From NCBI GenBank assembly GCA_014435945.1, contig GCA_014435945.1_4088.1: a DNA stretch of 64,000 nt. One strand, written 5' to 3'. Of the stretch, positions 42,519 through 51,449 are shown one piece after another. Source of the stretch: a phage. The notes under the pieces were generated by a model that worked only from the letters and a program-made list of their open reading frames with translations, was not told the DNA's origin and searched no databases. A program made the translations under genes and the position numbers. Every line of letters begins with the position of its first letter. Position 1 is the stretch's first letter.

Positions 42519-42811
42519 AATTAATTATAGCAATGATGATGTGTTTGGCTTTCCCTGTACTGGCTACTCCTAATCTGGACTGCACACTGTTGCGTTCAGA
42601 TGGTGACACACTTGAAATCAACACATATGAACTCTTTGGTCCAAGTGTAGTGGAGAATGAAACCACCTACAATTTCAAAGCTATTGACTTTGAAGGTAAT
42701 GTTCCAGTACTAACTACAATGACTATTGACAAAACTACTTTACTCGGACGAATCACCACACAACGCGGAGAAAGTAAAACATTCACAGCGAAAGCTGACT
42801 GTAACTACTAA
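42515..42811 (+). CDS. secreted small protein with Cys pair
   Basis: Signal peptide; LDCTLL...KADCNY. Confidence 0.5.
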   Translation: MKLIIAMMMCLAFPVLATPNLDCTLLRSDGDTLEINTYELFGPSVVENETTYNFKAIDFEGNVPVLTTMTIDKTTLLGRITTQRGESKTFTAKADCNY

Positions 42812-42832
42812 TGGTATAGTACAGTGAAAATA

Positions 42833-42871
42833 GGGTTGACTTCGGTCAACCTTTTCTTTATACTATAAATA
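42833..42871 (+). promoter_or_regulatory. terminator-promoter cassette
   Basis: GGGTTGAC-TTCG-GTCAACC, T-run, TATACT followed by TATAAATA. Confidence 0.65.
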
Positions 42872-42892
42872 TAGTCATAGAGAATAAACAAT

Positions 42893-44404
42893 ATGAAATC
42901 TATGGAGAGAAATCAAATGCCAGGTCAATTTACTGATAAAAATGGCGGGAACATGGCAGGTCACTCTGATAAATGGAGTGAACGCAATCGTCGTCAAAAT
43001 AGCTACCAAGCAGGACAGGGGTCACGTGGATCACGTAATCAAGGGACAGGTTTAGCTGGTAAGGCAAACGCAGAAGCAGGTGAAGTTAAGAGTACTGAGA
43101 ACATGACTGAGCTAGAAAAGCTACGTTATGTTAACTCATTAGGTCTTCTTAACGCAACACAGAAACAACGCCTTGCTGATATGGAACGTGCTGAGAAAGA
43201 ACAAGCAGTTCCTAAAGAAGAACCAAAACCAGAAGCTCCTAAAGCAGCTAACCCTGTTAAAGAGTTATCTGATAACTTAGGTAAGATCTTTGCTAACAAA
43301 CCACAGTTGATTCAGGGTATTGTCAAAGCACTACAGGCAGTTCCTAAAGAAGAACTCAAAGGTAAAGCACAAGCTGTACTTGATGCAATGAAAGGTAATA
43401 AGAGCACTGAACCCACTGAAGTATTCAGTACTATCATGCGTGCACTTGAAGGTACACACAAAGAAGATTCGAAAGAACCTGAACAGGGTGAAGCAAGTCT
43501 TGATGGTATTCTTAAAACTTTTGATAGTATTGGTAAAGCAGACCGTGCTAATGCCCAGCAAATCAAGAATGTACTGGCTAAACTTGAAAACCGTTTAGAA
43601 GGTAAAGACGATAAGGTTAAGCTCGTATCAGATGCAGTTAACAGTGCACTTAAATCTTATGTACAAGGTGAGAAAAGTCGCTTCGTAACAGCTATGGATG
43701 CTGCATTCAACACTATGAAAAAGTATGAAGCAGAACATGGTGAGAAGGTAACACCAGATGGTTATCTAAAGCGTGCAGATGAAGAAGGTGCAGTTGAACA
43801 GAAAGATGTAGAACCTGAACAAGAAGATCTACCTGATACCGTTGATATGGATGGATATATTCATCGTCCTGAGATGGAAGAGTTTGGGTCAGATAAAGAA
43901 GGTTTTGAACATGCAATGGCAGTATATAAAGCATTAGTTAAAAATCCAGATTATGCTAACCGTTTTGTTGACGAGTTTGATAGTGCATGGAATAACTACA
44001 AAGACAAAGGTTATGACTTCCCTGCTGAAGCTGCATTCTTTGAACTTGGTAAACTATTAGCTAAACATGGAATTGACGTTGGTTCATCTGATTCCGAAGG
44101 TATGGAAGAAGAACATCTTGAAATGACCGATAAATCAATTCATGAACTTCAAAAGCTAATGATGTGGATATCCGAGATTGGTAAAAAAGCAGGTGCTGAT
44201 AGTAAAAGTATCAACAAAAACATTAGTTGGATTAAAGATAATGTTGGTAACAATGCTCGTAAACTACAAAAGGCGTGGGCTGATTTAGTAAATGGTGCAG
44301 ATGATGTTGACATTGAATCACCAGAAGCATATGAGTATGCACTAACTACACTTGATAACTCATTCAAAGAGTACGACCGTGGTGTTGGAAAAGATAAAAA
44401 ATAA
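42893..44404 (+). CDS. large acidic/lysine-rich protein with internal repeats
   Basis: 503 aa; AVPKEE repeated; SLGLL motif; highly charged and low-complexity. Confidence 0.6.
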   Translation: MKSMERNQMPGQFTDKNGGNMAGHSDKWSERNRRQNSYQAGQGSRGSRNQGTGLAGKANAEAGEVKSTENMTELEKLRYVNSLGLLNATQKQRLADMERAEKEQAVPKEEPKPEAPKAANPVKELSDNLGKIFANKPQLIQGIVKALQAVPKEELKGKAQAVLDAMKGNKSTEPTEVFSTIMRALEGTHKEDSKEPEQGEASLDGILKTFDSIGKADRANAQQIKNVLAKLENRLEGKDDKVKLVSDAVNSALKSYVQGEKSRFVTAMDAAFNTMKKYEAEHGEKVTPDGYLKRADEEGAVEQKDVEPEQEDLPDTVDMDGYIHRPEMEEFGSDKEGFEHAMAVYKALVKNPDYANRFVDEFDSAWNNYKDKGYDFPAEAAFFELGKLLAKHGIDVGSSDSEGMEEEHLEMTDKSIHELQKLMMWISEIGKKAGADSKSINKNISWIKDNVGNNARKLQKAWADLVNGADDVDIESPEAYEYALTTLDNSFKEYDRGVGKDKK

Positions 44405-44410
44405 ACATTT

Positions 44411-44446
44411 AAAAGGTTGACTTCGGTCAACCTTTTTTTGTAAATA
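44411..44446 (+). promoter_or_regulatory. terminator-promoter cassette (weak -10)
   Basis: AAAAGGTTGAC-TTCG-GTCAACCTTTT perfect hairpin, T-run, TAAATA. Confidence 0.6.
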
Positions 44447-44475
44447 TTGTAGAGGGTTTTATAAGAGGTAATGCA

Positions 44476-44727
44476 ATGTTTAAATATGTTTTATTTTCAC
44501 TTGTATTGTTTGCTGATATAGTTTATAGTACTGAATACCAGTGCTCCATTGCTAGACAGGAGTTTAGAAACGGTGAGTTCTATACCAAGTCTTACACTAG
44601 AGGATTGGTACATGACAATAATAAAACTATAGGGTTCAATGCATTTGATAACAAAGATCGATATACGTCTGGAATACTATCTGAACGTAAGTCGGATATA
44701 CTAGGTATCGAGCGTGAATTCCGGTGA
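44476..44727 (+). CDS. secreted small protein
   Basis: Signal peptide MFKYVLFSLVLFADIVYS. Confidence 0.5.
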   Translation: MFKYVLFSLVLFADIVYSTEYQCSIARQEFRNGEFYTKSYTRGLVHDNNKTIGFNAFDNKDRYTSGILSERKSDILGIEREFR

Positions 44728-45055
44728 CACGGTTGCAATGTGTAATGATATTGAGAGTACTAAGAAAGTATATACTAATGGTGAAACTACCTTTAGATTC
44801 CACAATCTTACTACTAATGAAAGTTTATACTTCTACAACTGTAAAGAGTTCATTAAACCTGTGGATAACTCATGTGATATGCCGGAGCCAAAAGCTGCTG
44901 TATGTGAGGAACCACAATCCAAAGCTGACAAATCGGATAAAAAAGAAAACAAAAAGAAAGCTAAAGATGATAAAGATAAAAAGTCCCCTAAGCCAAATCC
45001 ATTTGAAAAGCCAAAGAATGAAAAGCCAAAACCAGACATGACATGTAAAATATAA
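44714..45055 (+). CDS. hypothetical protein with Lys-rich tail; start uncertain
   Basis: Track start is GTG; alternative ATG at about 44738; KKENKKKAKDDKDKK tail. Confidence 0.4.
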   Translation: MNSGDTVAMCNDIESTKKVYTNGETTFRFHNLTTNESLYFYNCKEFIKPVDNSCDMPEPKAAVCEEPQSKADKSDKKENKKKAKDDKDKKSPKPNPFEKPKNEKPKPDMTCKI

Positions 45056-45062
45056 AAGAAAA

Positions 45063-45095
45063 GGGTTGACTTCGGTCGGCCCTTTTTGCTATAAT
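45063..45095 (+). promoter_or_regulatory. terminator-promoter cassette
   Basis: GGGTTGAC-TTCG-GTCGGCCC, TTTTT, GC, TATAAT. Confidence 0.7.
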
Positions 45096-45121
45096 CATTT
45101 CATCAACTACTGGAGGCAAAC

Positions 45122-45535
45122 ATGTTAAAAGTTATTTTCCGTTCTATCAGTTCATTACTTCTTATGATTAGTTCAGTTTGTTATGCAAATGAAGTATCTG
45201 ATTTATTTGAGAAGAATTACCCAACTGCACAAGAGATGGGTGTTTTAAAATGCAAGCTAACTTCGTACAACATCATCGGCAGTAAACTTGTACTGGAACA
45301 TGAACGTAGTACACCAATCCCTCTAGTAGAAGAAGGCAGTACCTTTAGCTTCAAGTACGGGGTGAACGTAACATCTGGTGTAATGAACAATGTTGATGCA
45401 GAGACTGGTTCAACATGGAGTACTAGCGGTAAAGATGTGTTTCATCGTATGCGTGAAAATGGTAAACTGAAGTACGTATATGAAAGTTCATTCATGAAAC
45501 GTGTATTCATTATAAAAAATTGTGTACCAGCATAA
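45122..45535 (+). CDS. secreted protein
   Basis: Signal peptide ...SSVCYANE. Confidence 0.5.
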   Translation: MLKVIFRSISSLLLMISSVCYANEVSDLFEKNYPTAQEMGVLKCKLTSYNIIGSKLVLEHERSTPIPLVEEGSTFSFKYGVNVTSGVMNNVDAETGSTWSTSGKDVFHRMRENGKLKYVYESSFMKRVFIIKNCVPA

Positions 45536-45546
45536 GGAACAACATC

Positions 45547-45822
45547 ATGCGTTCATTTGAAAACTTAATCGGTAAACTTCGCTTACAAGAAATTGAAGCT
45601 GATGTGAAGGAATTATCTGAAACTAAGAGTTACATTCATTTAGATGAACTGTTTATTAAGTACGGTGAGATTGGTTTTAAGTCATTATTTGTTTTTGTCA
45701 TGAAGGTGCATAGTTTAAAGTACTTTGATTTGAGTTCAAAAGACGGACAACCAAATCTGTATTACATGTATTATCTTAAGAACATAGACGAAGCTAATAC
45801 ATTATTCTTAGAATATATGTAG
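45547..45822 (+). CDS. hypothetical protein
   Basis: ATG 45547 after AAGGAA (track start 45520 overlaps). Confidence 0.45.
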   Translation: MRSFENLIGKLRLQEIEADVKELSETKSYIHLDELFIKYGEIGFKSLFVFVMKVHSLKYFDLSSKDGQPNLYYMYYLKNIDEANTLFLEYM

Positions 45823-45831
45823 GGGGTAAAA

Positions 45832-46170
45832 ATGGAACATCATTTTGAATTAATTAATAAGGTATCATTTTATATAGTATCGTTAGTTTGGGTGTATTAC
45901 ATGTTTGGTTACATTATTGCATTCTTCCGATACACGACCTTGTATCAACGCATATACTACGATGCACCAATTTCATTTTTGATGTTCTGTGCATGTACGT
46001 GGGGGATAATTGAAGCACTGGTATGTGGATATAGTACGGACGAATTAAATCTCGTATCGGTGTTGACATTACTAACAATTGCTACTATGATAGCTACAGT
46101 TCCAATATTTTTGCTCTTTAAACTGCTTCATCGCATCGATGAGTGGCGTAATAAAATCCCTGAAAAGTAA
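45832..46170 (+). CDS. small membrane protein, array A member 1
   Basis: About 3 TM helices with basic C-terminal tail; GGGGG RBS. Confidence 0.55.
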   Translation: MEHHFELINKVSFYIVSLVWVYYMFGYIIAFFRYTTLYQRIYYDAPISFLMFCACTWGIIEALVCGYSTDELNLVSVLTLLTIATMIATVPIFLLFKLLHRIDEWRNKIPEK

Positions 46171-46179
46171 GGATTGATA

Positions 46180-46521
46180 ATGATTTTTTACACTAATGCG
46201 TTTGCTTATGCCGTTGCATCAATCTACATTGTGTACTTCTTATTTGGTGGAGTACTGTACTTCTTTAAGTACAAAACATTGTTTAACCGAATGTATCCAA
46301 ATCATCCAATTGTAGTAGTACTTTTGATTATTTCTGTTGCTCACATCATTGTAGAAACAATAATGGGTATTAGTGCAGTACATTACAGTCTAGGTACTAT
46401 TGTGATTATTACTATGATCATCGCATACATTTTAGTAATGGGTTCTGGTTTATTTGGGAATGTAGCAATGAAATTGTATAATCGAATTAAAACCTTACGT
46501 GATAATCTACCGGAGCGTTGA
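46180..46521 (+). CDS. small membrane protein, array A member 2
   Basis: ATG 46180 after AAGGA (track used TTG 46174); same architecture. Confidence 0.55.
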   Translation: MIFYTNAFAYAVASIYIVYFLFGGVLYFFKYKTLFNRMYPNHPIVVVLLIISVAHIIVETIMGISAVHYSLGTIVIITMIIAYILVMGSGLFGNVAMKLYNRIKTLRDNLPER

Positions 46522-46522
46522 G

Positions 46523-46867
46523 ATGTATAATTTAAATTTAATATCATATATCATAACAACACTGTTTACTTTCTATGCCTTTGTTGGTATACTCCTACTG
46601 TACTTTAAATTTTATAAACTCTTTGACCGTTTTTATCCGTCATTAGAACATGAATTCTTATTGGTGATGTACATCTGTCTAACGTTTATGTCTACATTTT
46701 TCACTGCATCTGATGGTATCATTGGTATTAAAGCTGAAGAACCAAATGGGAGTACGCTTGTTGCCTTTATTCTGGTAGGATTTTTCAGTACTTATATTAC
46801 CTTTATTTCAGGATGTACCGTGATTGATTATCTTGTGAAATTACGAGATAAAATGCCAAATCGATAG
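46523..46867 (+). CDS. small membrane protein, array A member 3
   Basis: ATG 46523 after GGAG (track used GTG 46499); same architecture. Confidence 0.55.
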   Translation: MYNLNLISYIITTLFTFYAFVGILLLYFKFYKLFDRFYPSLEHEFLLVMYICLTFMSTFFTASDGIIGIKAEEPNGSTLVAFILVGFFSTYITFISGCTVIDYLVKLRDKMPNR

Positions 46868-46876
46868 GGGATTGCT

Positions 46877-47134
46877 ATGTTTGCATTGCGTAATAAAAAT
46901 ACAAAAGAGATTCTATGTATCTCAACAGTATGGGATTGTGCAGGAAGTGAAATGATTCTCGAAGAAGGTTCAGGTGATTGTGTTTATGTTGTTCAGGATC
47001 GTCGCGAACTGGAATCATTACTTGACGAATTTAATGCTGGTGGAAATCCTAAAAGTACTCAATTCCCTGAGATCAGGAATCCAGCACCACCAGGCTCTTA
47101 TGAAATTCTACAACTGTGGGAGATGGATAAGTAA
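46877..47134 (+). CDS. hypothetical protein
   Basis: 85 aa. Confidence 0.5.
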   Translation: MFALRNKNTKEILCISTVWDCAGSEMILEEGSGDCVYVVQDRRELESLLDEFNAGGNPKSTQFPEIRNPAPPGSYEILQLWEMDK

Positions 47135-47514
47135 TGCGTCAAATGCACAAAGTAACCGAGCTAAACAAGCGTCTGATTAAACAATCAATGTTTGAGGATA
47201 AAGAGTCTTACTATAACTTCAAACGTGCTGTAGAGGCTGCTATCCACATTCAGAAGCTTAAAGAACGTGGTTGTATTATTCTCGAAAATGGTTCTGACGT
47301 TGTGACGAATGACTTCAGTGTAGCGTTTGATGTTTCACCTGATGGTTCGCTATCAATGCCACGCTTAGGGACTGGTAACATGACTGTGTGGGTAGGTTTC
47401 ACTATGGGAAATGTACCAGGTACTGTGTATGTAGATGATGCTGAGTTGAAAGAAAGCTTCAAAAACTTATCGTATCTTGAACCACAACACGCACATGAAA
47501 TGAATTTATTTTGA
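47134..47514 (+). CDS. hypothetical protein
   Basis: 126 aa; TAATG overlap. Confidence 0.5.
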   Translation: MRQMHKVTELNKRLIKQSMFEDKESYYNFKRAVEAAIHIQKLKERGCIILENGSDVVTNDFSVAFDVSPDGSLSMPRLGTGNMTVWVGFTMGNVPGTVYVDDAELKESFKNLSYLEPQHAHEMNLF

Positions 47515-47515
47515 G

Positions 47516-47543
47516 TTGACAAACTCATTCAGTACTGTATAAT
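47516..47543 (+). promoter_or_regulatory. promoter, CAGTACTG-spacer class
   Basis: TTGACA-AACTCATTCAGTACTG-TATAAT. Confidence 0.6.
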
Positions 47544-47552
47544 GTTTATCAA

Positions 47553-47573
47553 GGGGATGAACTTCTCATCCCC
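47553..47573 (+). promoter_or_regulatory. 5' leader hairpin
   Basis: GGGGATGA-ACTTC-TCATCCCC downstream of -10. Confidence 0.45.
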
Positions 47574-47590
47574 ACAATCGAGGAATTGTC

Positions 47591-48145
47591 ATGATTACTT
47601 TTAAGAAAACTGCTAACCACATCCATGAGATCTACATTAACGGTCACAAAGCTGGCCTTCTTCGTTTACTCGCCCATCATCCGAATATTACCGTATCTGA
47701 TAATGAACCTAAAGATTGGCGTGTATTTTTCTTTGGAAAGTACAGTGATTTTCAAGTATCAAACCTGAAGAACATTCGTTCAGTATGCACGTTAACTGAA
47801 ATTAAAGAAAAGTTAACCAAAGCATTGAAAACTAATCCAGATAGTGTTCTTCCACCTGATAACTTTGTAGAGAAAGGATATGCCTTAGCTCATTTCAAAG
47901 ATGGTACTATTCAATCTATCAGTACTGAATATGAATATCAATGGACTGAGTACTTCACTTATGGATCGCGTAATACATTGATGGCTTCACGTAGTAAATT
48001 GGAAGAAGTACTGACTCGTATGAATGAACGCGAGCGTCAATTATATGACAAACCAGAAATGTGGAGTTCAACTTACATTGACCGTATTGACTATGTTATT
48101 ATGACTCCAATCTTTGACACTGCTTACTATGATTCTTTGAAATAA
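47591..48145 (+). CDS. hypothetical protein
   Basis: 184 aa; GAGGAA RBS. Confidence 0.55.
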   Translation: MITFKKTANHIHEIYINGHKAGLLRLLAHHPNITVSDNEPKDWRVFFFGKYSDFQVSNLKNIRSVCTLTEIKEKLTKALKTNPDSVLPPDNFVEKGYALAHFKDGTIQSISTEYEYQWTEYFTYGSRNTLMASRSKLEEVLTRMNERERQLYDKPEMWSSTYIDRIDYVIMTPIFDTAYYDSLK

Positions 48146-48156
48146 GGATAACTTAT

Positions 48157-48333
48157 ATGAAACTACGTACTCGTAATCGACTGATGGATGCACTGTACCA
48201 TGAACAGCTTTCACTGAATGAAGTGAAGCGACAGTTAATGTACACATATCTGTTACCCGCTCGCATTGCAAAACAACGTGCTAAAGAATTGCTGAAAGAA
48301 GCAATCGAGTACTGGGAATCTGATTCGTACTAA
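48157..48333 (+). CDS. small hypothetical protein (58 aa)
   Basis: Below track cutoff; TAAGGA RBS. Confidence 0.35.
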   Translation: MKLRTRNRLMDALYHEQLSLNEVKRQLMYTYLLPARIAKQRAKELLKEAIEYWESDSY

Positions 48334-48361
48334 TTGTCACGTTAATTAAATGAGGCGATAA

Positions 48362-48613
48362 ATGAAAATTTTATTAGTTCTAATACTACTAATTGTTTTA
48401 CCATTTACGTTAGTATCCCCTGAACTTGCATGGAATGTGTTTGTGTACTTACTATGTACTATTGTAGTAAATGGTATCTTGTTCTTAGTTCTATTCATAA
48501 ATGGAATAGGACACGGTGGAGGATGGACCAGTACTGCTGATATTGTACATAAAACCACTATGTCTTTATTTGTAGTGTGGAATTTATTCTGGACTTGGTT
48601 TGTGTTCTTCTAA
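48362..48613 (+). CDS. small membrane protein
   Basis: 83 aa; hydrophobic. Confidence 0.5.
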   Translation: MKILLVLILLIVLPFTLVSPELAWNVFVYLLCTIVVNGILFLVLFINGIGHGGGWTSTADIVHKTTMSLFVVWNLFWTWFVFF

Positions 48614-48622
48614 TTAAAAAAT

Positions 48623-48994
48623 ATGAATATAGATTTGAAAGGTGCAACACGAACTGTCATACTCATTGGGGAATATGCTATCAAGATTCCAACCTTTAAA
48701 AGTTGGAAGCTATTCTTAACAGGGATGATAGCTAACCTCAATGAACGTTCGTGGATGCAGTACTCCAAGCGTAGTGATACTGGTATCTGTCCTACTTTGT
48801 GGTCATCATGTACTGGACTAGTAACTGTACAGAAACGTTGTAAGCCAGTACAACATAGGGGTTTATTTTGGGTGGAGTTGTGTGCTTTAGCATTGAATTC
48901 AGAGTTAAGTACTGACTTCTTCTATTCAGATGCGAAGCCAGAAAACTTTGGGTATCTGTGTGGTAAGTTGGTTAAACTTGATTATGGAGATTAA
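48623..48994 (+). CDS. hypothetical Cys/Trp-rich protein
   Basis: 123 aa. Confidence 0.5.
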   Translation: MNIDLKGATRTVILIGEYAIKIPTFKSWKLFLTGMIANLNERSWMQYSKRSDTGICPTLWSSCTGLVTVQKRCKPVQHRGLFWVELCALALNSELSTDFFYSDAKPENFGYLCGKLVKLDYGD

Positions 48995-48995
48995 T

Positions 48996-49265
48996 ATGTA
49001 CGCATTGTATAATAAAGAAAAGAAACGATTTGCTAAGGTTGAAATTTCGATTGATACATTTGACATGTTGGAGTACTGTATTGTAACGGATTTATATGCT
49101 AACTTGTATTACGTTCTTGATGACGTATCAGTACTGCAACGATTGCTTGAGAATTCCAAAAGCCAATGCCAGGGCATCTATGATGGTTCATCTTATGAAA
49201 CACCTGAGTGTTCCTACGGCTATCTGGACGGGTATGAGATTGTGAAGTTGGGGATTGTTGAATAA
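48996..49265 (+). CDS. hypothetical protein
   Basis: ATG 48996 two nt after upstream stop, GGAG RBS (track start 48930 overlaps). Confidence 0.5.
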   Translation: MYALYNKEKKRFAKVEISIDTFDMLEYCIVTDLYANLYYVLDDVSVLQRLLENSKSQCQGIYDGSSYETPECSYGYLDGYEIVKLGIVE

Positions 49266-49358
49266 ATGGATTAAACAATGAAGAAGTGTATCATTCTTTG
49301 TTCTAATCACCATCGCATGGTACATTCTGGTAGACTATGTTTGATTGAAAGAAAAAAA

Positions 49359-49391
49359 GGGTTGACTTCAGTCGGCCCTTTTTGCTATAAT
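49359..49391 (+). promoter_or_regulatory. terminator-promoter cassette
   Basis: GGGTTGAC-TTCA-GTCGGCCC, TTTTT, GC, TATAAT. Confidence 0.7.
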
Positions 49392-49419
49392 CATTTCATC
49401 GAAACGAGAGGATGAATAC

Positions 49420-49935
49420 ATGACACGCATTAACTTAGTACACGTTAAAGAACTTGCTGACCAACATCTGATGGCTGAATATCGTGAACTCCCACGTGTG
49501 TTTGGTGCTGTACAAAAACATGTTCAAGCACGTAAGCGAGTCCGTGATTTCAAAATTAACAGTACTTACCTGTTAGGTTCAGGTCATGTAACATTCTTCT
49601 ACAACAAGTTATTGTACTTACAGAAGCGTCATATTGATATTGTTAACGAATGTTTGCGTCGTGGTATGAAGATTCAAAACACTGAAGTAAACGACATTAG
49701 CGGATTCCCTGCTGAGTTTTGTAATGACTACGTACCATCGGAGTCAGAGATTAAAATGTCTCGTGAGCGTTTGATTGAGAAGCTACAGATGAAGCCTACG
49801 TGGTATAAATTTACTGACGTTGAACGCCCACAGTATGTTAAAGATATGCAGGACGTAAGTAGTAATATAGAATCTAGTACTGATATGTTCGACGAAATTG
49901 AAGAACAAATCAAAGATGAAATGAATAATTATTAA
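49420..49935 (+). CDS. denV: pyrimidine-dimer DNA glycosylase (T4 endonuclease V homolog)
   Basis: N-terminus [31 protein letters not shown] and [15 protein letters not shown] closely match the T4 DenV sequence as I recall it. Confidence 0.85.
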   Translation: MTRINLVHVKELADQHLMAEYRELPRVFGAVQKHVQARKRVRDFKINSTYLLGSGHVTFFYNKLLYLQKRHIDIVNECLRRGMKIQNTEVNDISGFPAEFCNDYVPSESEIKMSRERLIEKLQMKPTWYKFTDVERPQYVKDMQDVSSNIESSTDMFDEIEEQIKDEMNNY

Positions 49936-49941
49936 AGGAAA

Positions 49942-49974
49942 GGGTTGACTTCGGTCAGCCCTTTTTGCTATAAT
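49942..49974 (+). promoter_or_regulatory. terminator-promoter cassette
   Basis: GGGTTGAC-TTCG-GTCAGCCC, TTTTT, GC, TATAAT. Confidence 0.7.
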
Positions 49975-50000
49975 TATTTTATCGAAACGAGAGGTAATAC

Positions 50001-50213
50001 ATGAAACTATCTTTTATACGTTTAGCAGAATTCTTCGGTACTGATATTATTACTTTACAACAAATTGCAGACAATACTTCATTAAGTACACAAGAAGTAC
50101 TTGACTTAGATGTAATTCAGTGCGATAATACTTCCATTGATTTCAAAGAAGGTCTTGTCGAAAAAGATAAGATTCAAGCTAAGATTAATGGTGCTGGACG
50201 GGTTCAGTACTGA
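50001..50213 (+). CDS. hypothetical protein
   Basis: 70 aa; GAGAGG RBS. Confidence 0.5.
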   Translation: MKLSFIRLAEFFGTDIITLQQIADNTSLSTQEVLDLDVIQCDNTSIDFKEGLVEKDKIQAKINGAGRVQY

Positions 50214-50229
50214 AAAGGAGTATTGAGTA

Positions 50230-51378
50230 ATGTTTGAAAAGTACTATTTAAATGAAGATGGTGAGAAAGTTTATATTATTGAAGAATTATGTACTAAATT
50301 TGAGTACATGAAAATAGAAAATGTTCCTGTAAAAAATAAAAAAACTATCGTTAGAATTGATGAAATTAAACTAAAAGCCATTGAAAAAGAAGATACTATT
50401 TTTGGCTTACAGATATCAAACAGTAATCAATTTTTTGGACTAGAAAAGAATAAAGTTCTGTTTAGATGTGGAACATGCAGCACTTTATGTACAAGTTCAC
50501 TGAAAAGTTATCTTATCTCTGGTGGATGTCAGATATGTGGTAAGAAGAAAAGAAAAGAGTACCAAAACACTATCAAAATATCTGAATCTGATGCATTAAA
50601 AGAAATACAAAAAGAGTGTAAACGCGAATCTATTACATTTATCAAATTTGAAGGTGAATTTACTACAAAATTCAAATCTAAATTTTGGTACAAATGTAAA
50701 AACAACCATACTCGTTTATGTGAGAACATTTATGATTTTCTTAATGGTCATAATTGTGTTGAATGTCGTGATTACAGCTCGGCAAAAAAGATTCGTTTGA
50801 ATATTCTAGTAGTCAAATATGAAATAGATAAAAGAAACGCAGTTTGTAATAATACCTTTATTGGATTTGTGGGAGGTGTTTATGAAACATCAAAAACAAA
50901 ATTACATTTACAGTGTAATGATTGTAATAACCCATTTTATCCATCATATCATAACTATATATCATCTGAGTCTTCATGTCCTACCTGTTCATCAGGTGAG
51001 AGTAAGAATTTAGTTGATATTGATGGTATGTTAGAAGATGATACCATAAAAGAGAAACGCTTCATTGATTGTAAGTTCAAAAAGCCATTACCTTTTGATC
51101 GATTTATTGAAAGTAAACGAATCCTTCTGGAATATGATGGAGTACAACATTTTCAATCAATCAAATTATGGGGCGGCAAAAGTGCTTTTGAACAAAGAAA
51201 GATAAAAGACGCAATAAAAACTGAGTACGCCATCAACAACGGTTACAACTTCATTAGGATTGCATACTATGAAGACCACGTTGCAGTACTGAAATCTTTT
51301 CTAAAACTTATCGAAGATAATCCAGAAAAGCAAATCGTACAGATTTATGGTGAAGTACAAATCTTAGACAAGAAATAA
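50230..51378 (+). CDS. zinc-ribbon-rich protein with C-terminal endonuclease-like region (possible homing-endonuclease-like)
   Basis: Several CxxC pairs; C-terminal LEYDGVQHF...RKIKD...GYNFIRIAY resembles Vsr/PD-(D/E)xK-type nuclease core (low certainty). Confidence 0.5.
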   Translation: MFEKYYLNEDGEKVYIIEELCTKFEYMKIENVPVKNKKTIVRIDEIKLKAIEKEDTIFGLQISNSNQFFGLEKNKVLFRCGTCSTLCTSSLKSYLISGGCQICGKKKRKEYQNTIKISESDALKEIQKECKRESITFIKFEGEFTTKFKSKFWYKCKNNHTRLCENIYDFLNGHNCVECRDYSSAKKIRLNILVVKYEIDKRNAVCNNTFIGFVGGVYETSKTKLHLQCNDCNNPFYPSYHNYISSESSCPTCSSGESKNLVDIDGMLEDDTIKEKRFIDCKFKKPLPFDRFIESKRILLEYDGVQHFQSIKLWGGKSAFEQRKIKDAIKTEYAINNGYNFIRIAYYEDHVAVLKSFLKLIEDNPEKQIVQIYGEVQILDKK

Positions 51379-51388
51379 CAATACAAAA

Positions 51389-51421
51389 GGGTTGACTTCG
51401 GTCAGCCCTTTTTGCTATAAT
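51389..51421 (+). promoter_or_regulatory. terminator-promoter cassette
   Basis: GGGTTGAC-TTCG-GTCAGCCC, TTTTT, GC, TATAAT. Confidence 0.7.
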
Positions 51422-51449
51422 TATTTCATCAACTGATGAGGATAACGAA

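Noticed and set aside
49288-49420. A 45-aa ORF (MKKCIILCSNHH...) between 49265 and denV
   Set aside because: It reads straight through the terminator-promoter cassette hairpin and the -10 box, so is unlikely to be a real gene.
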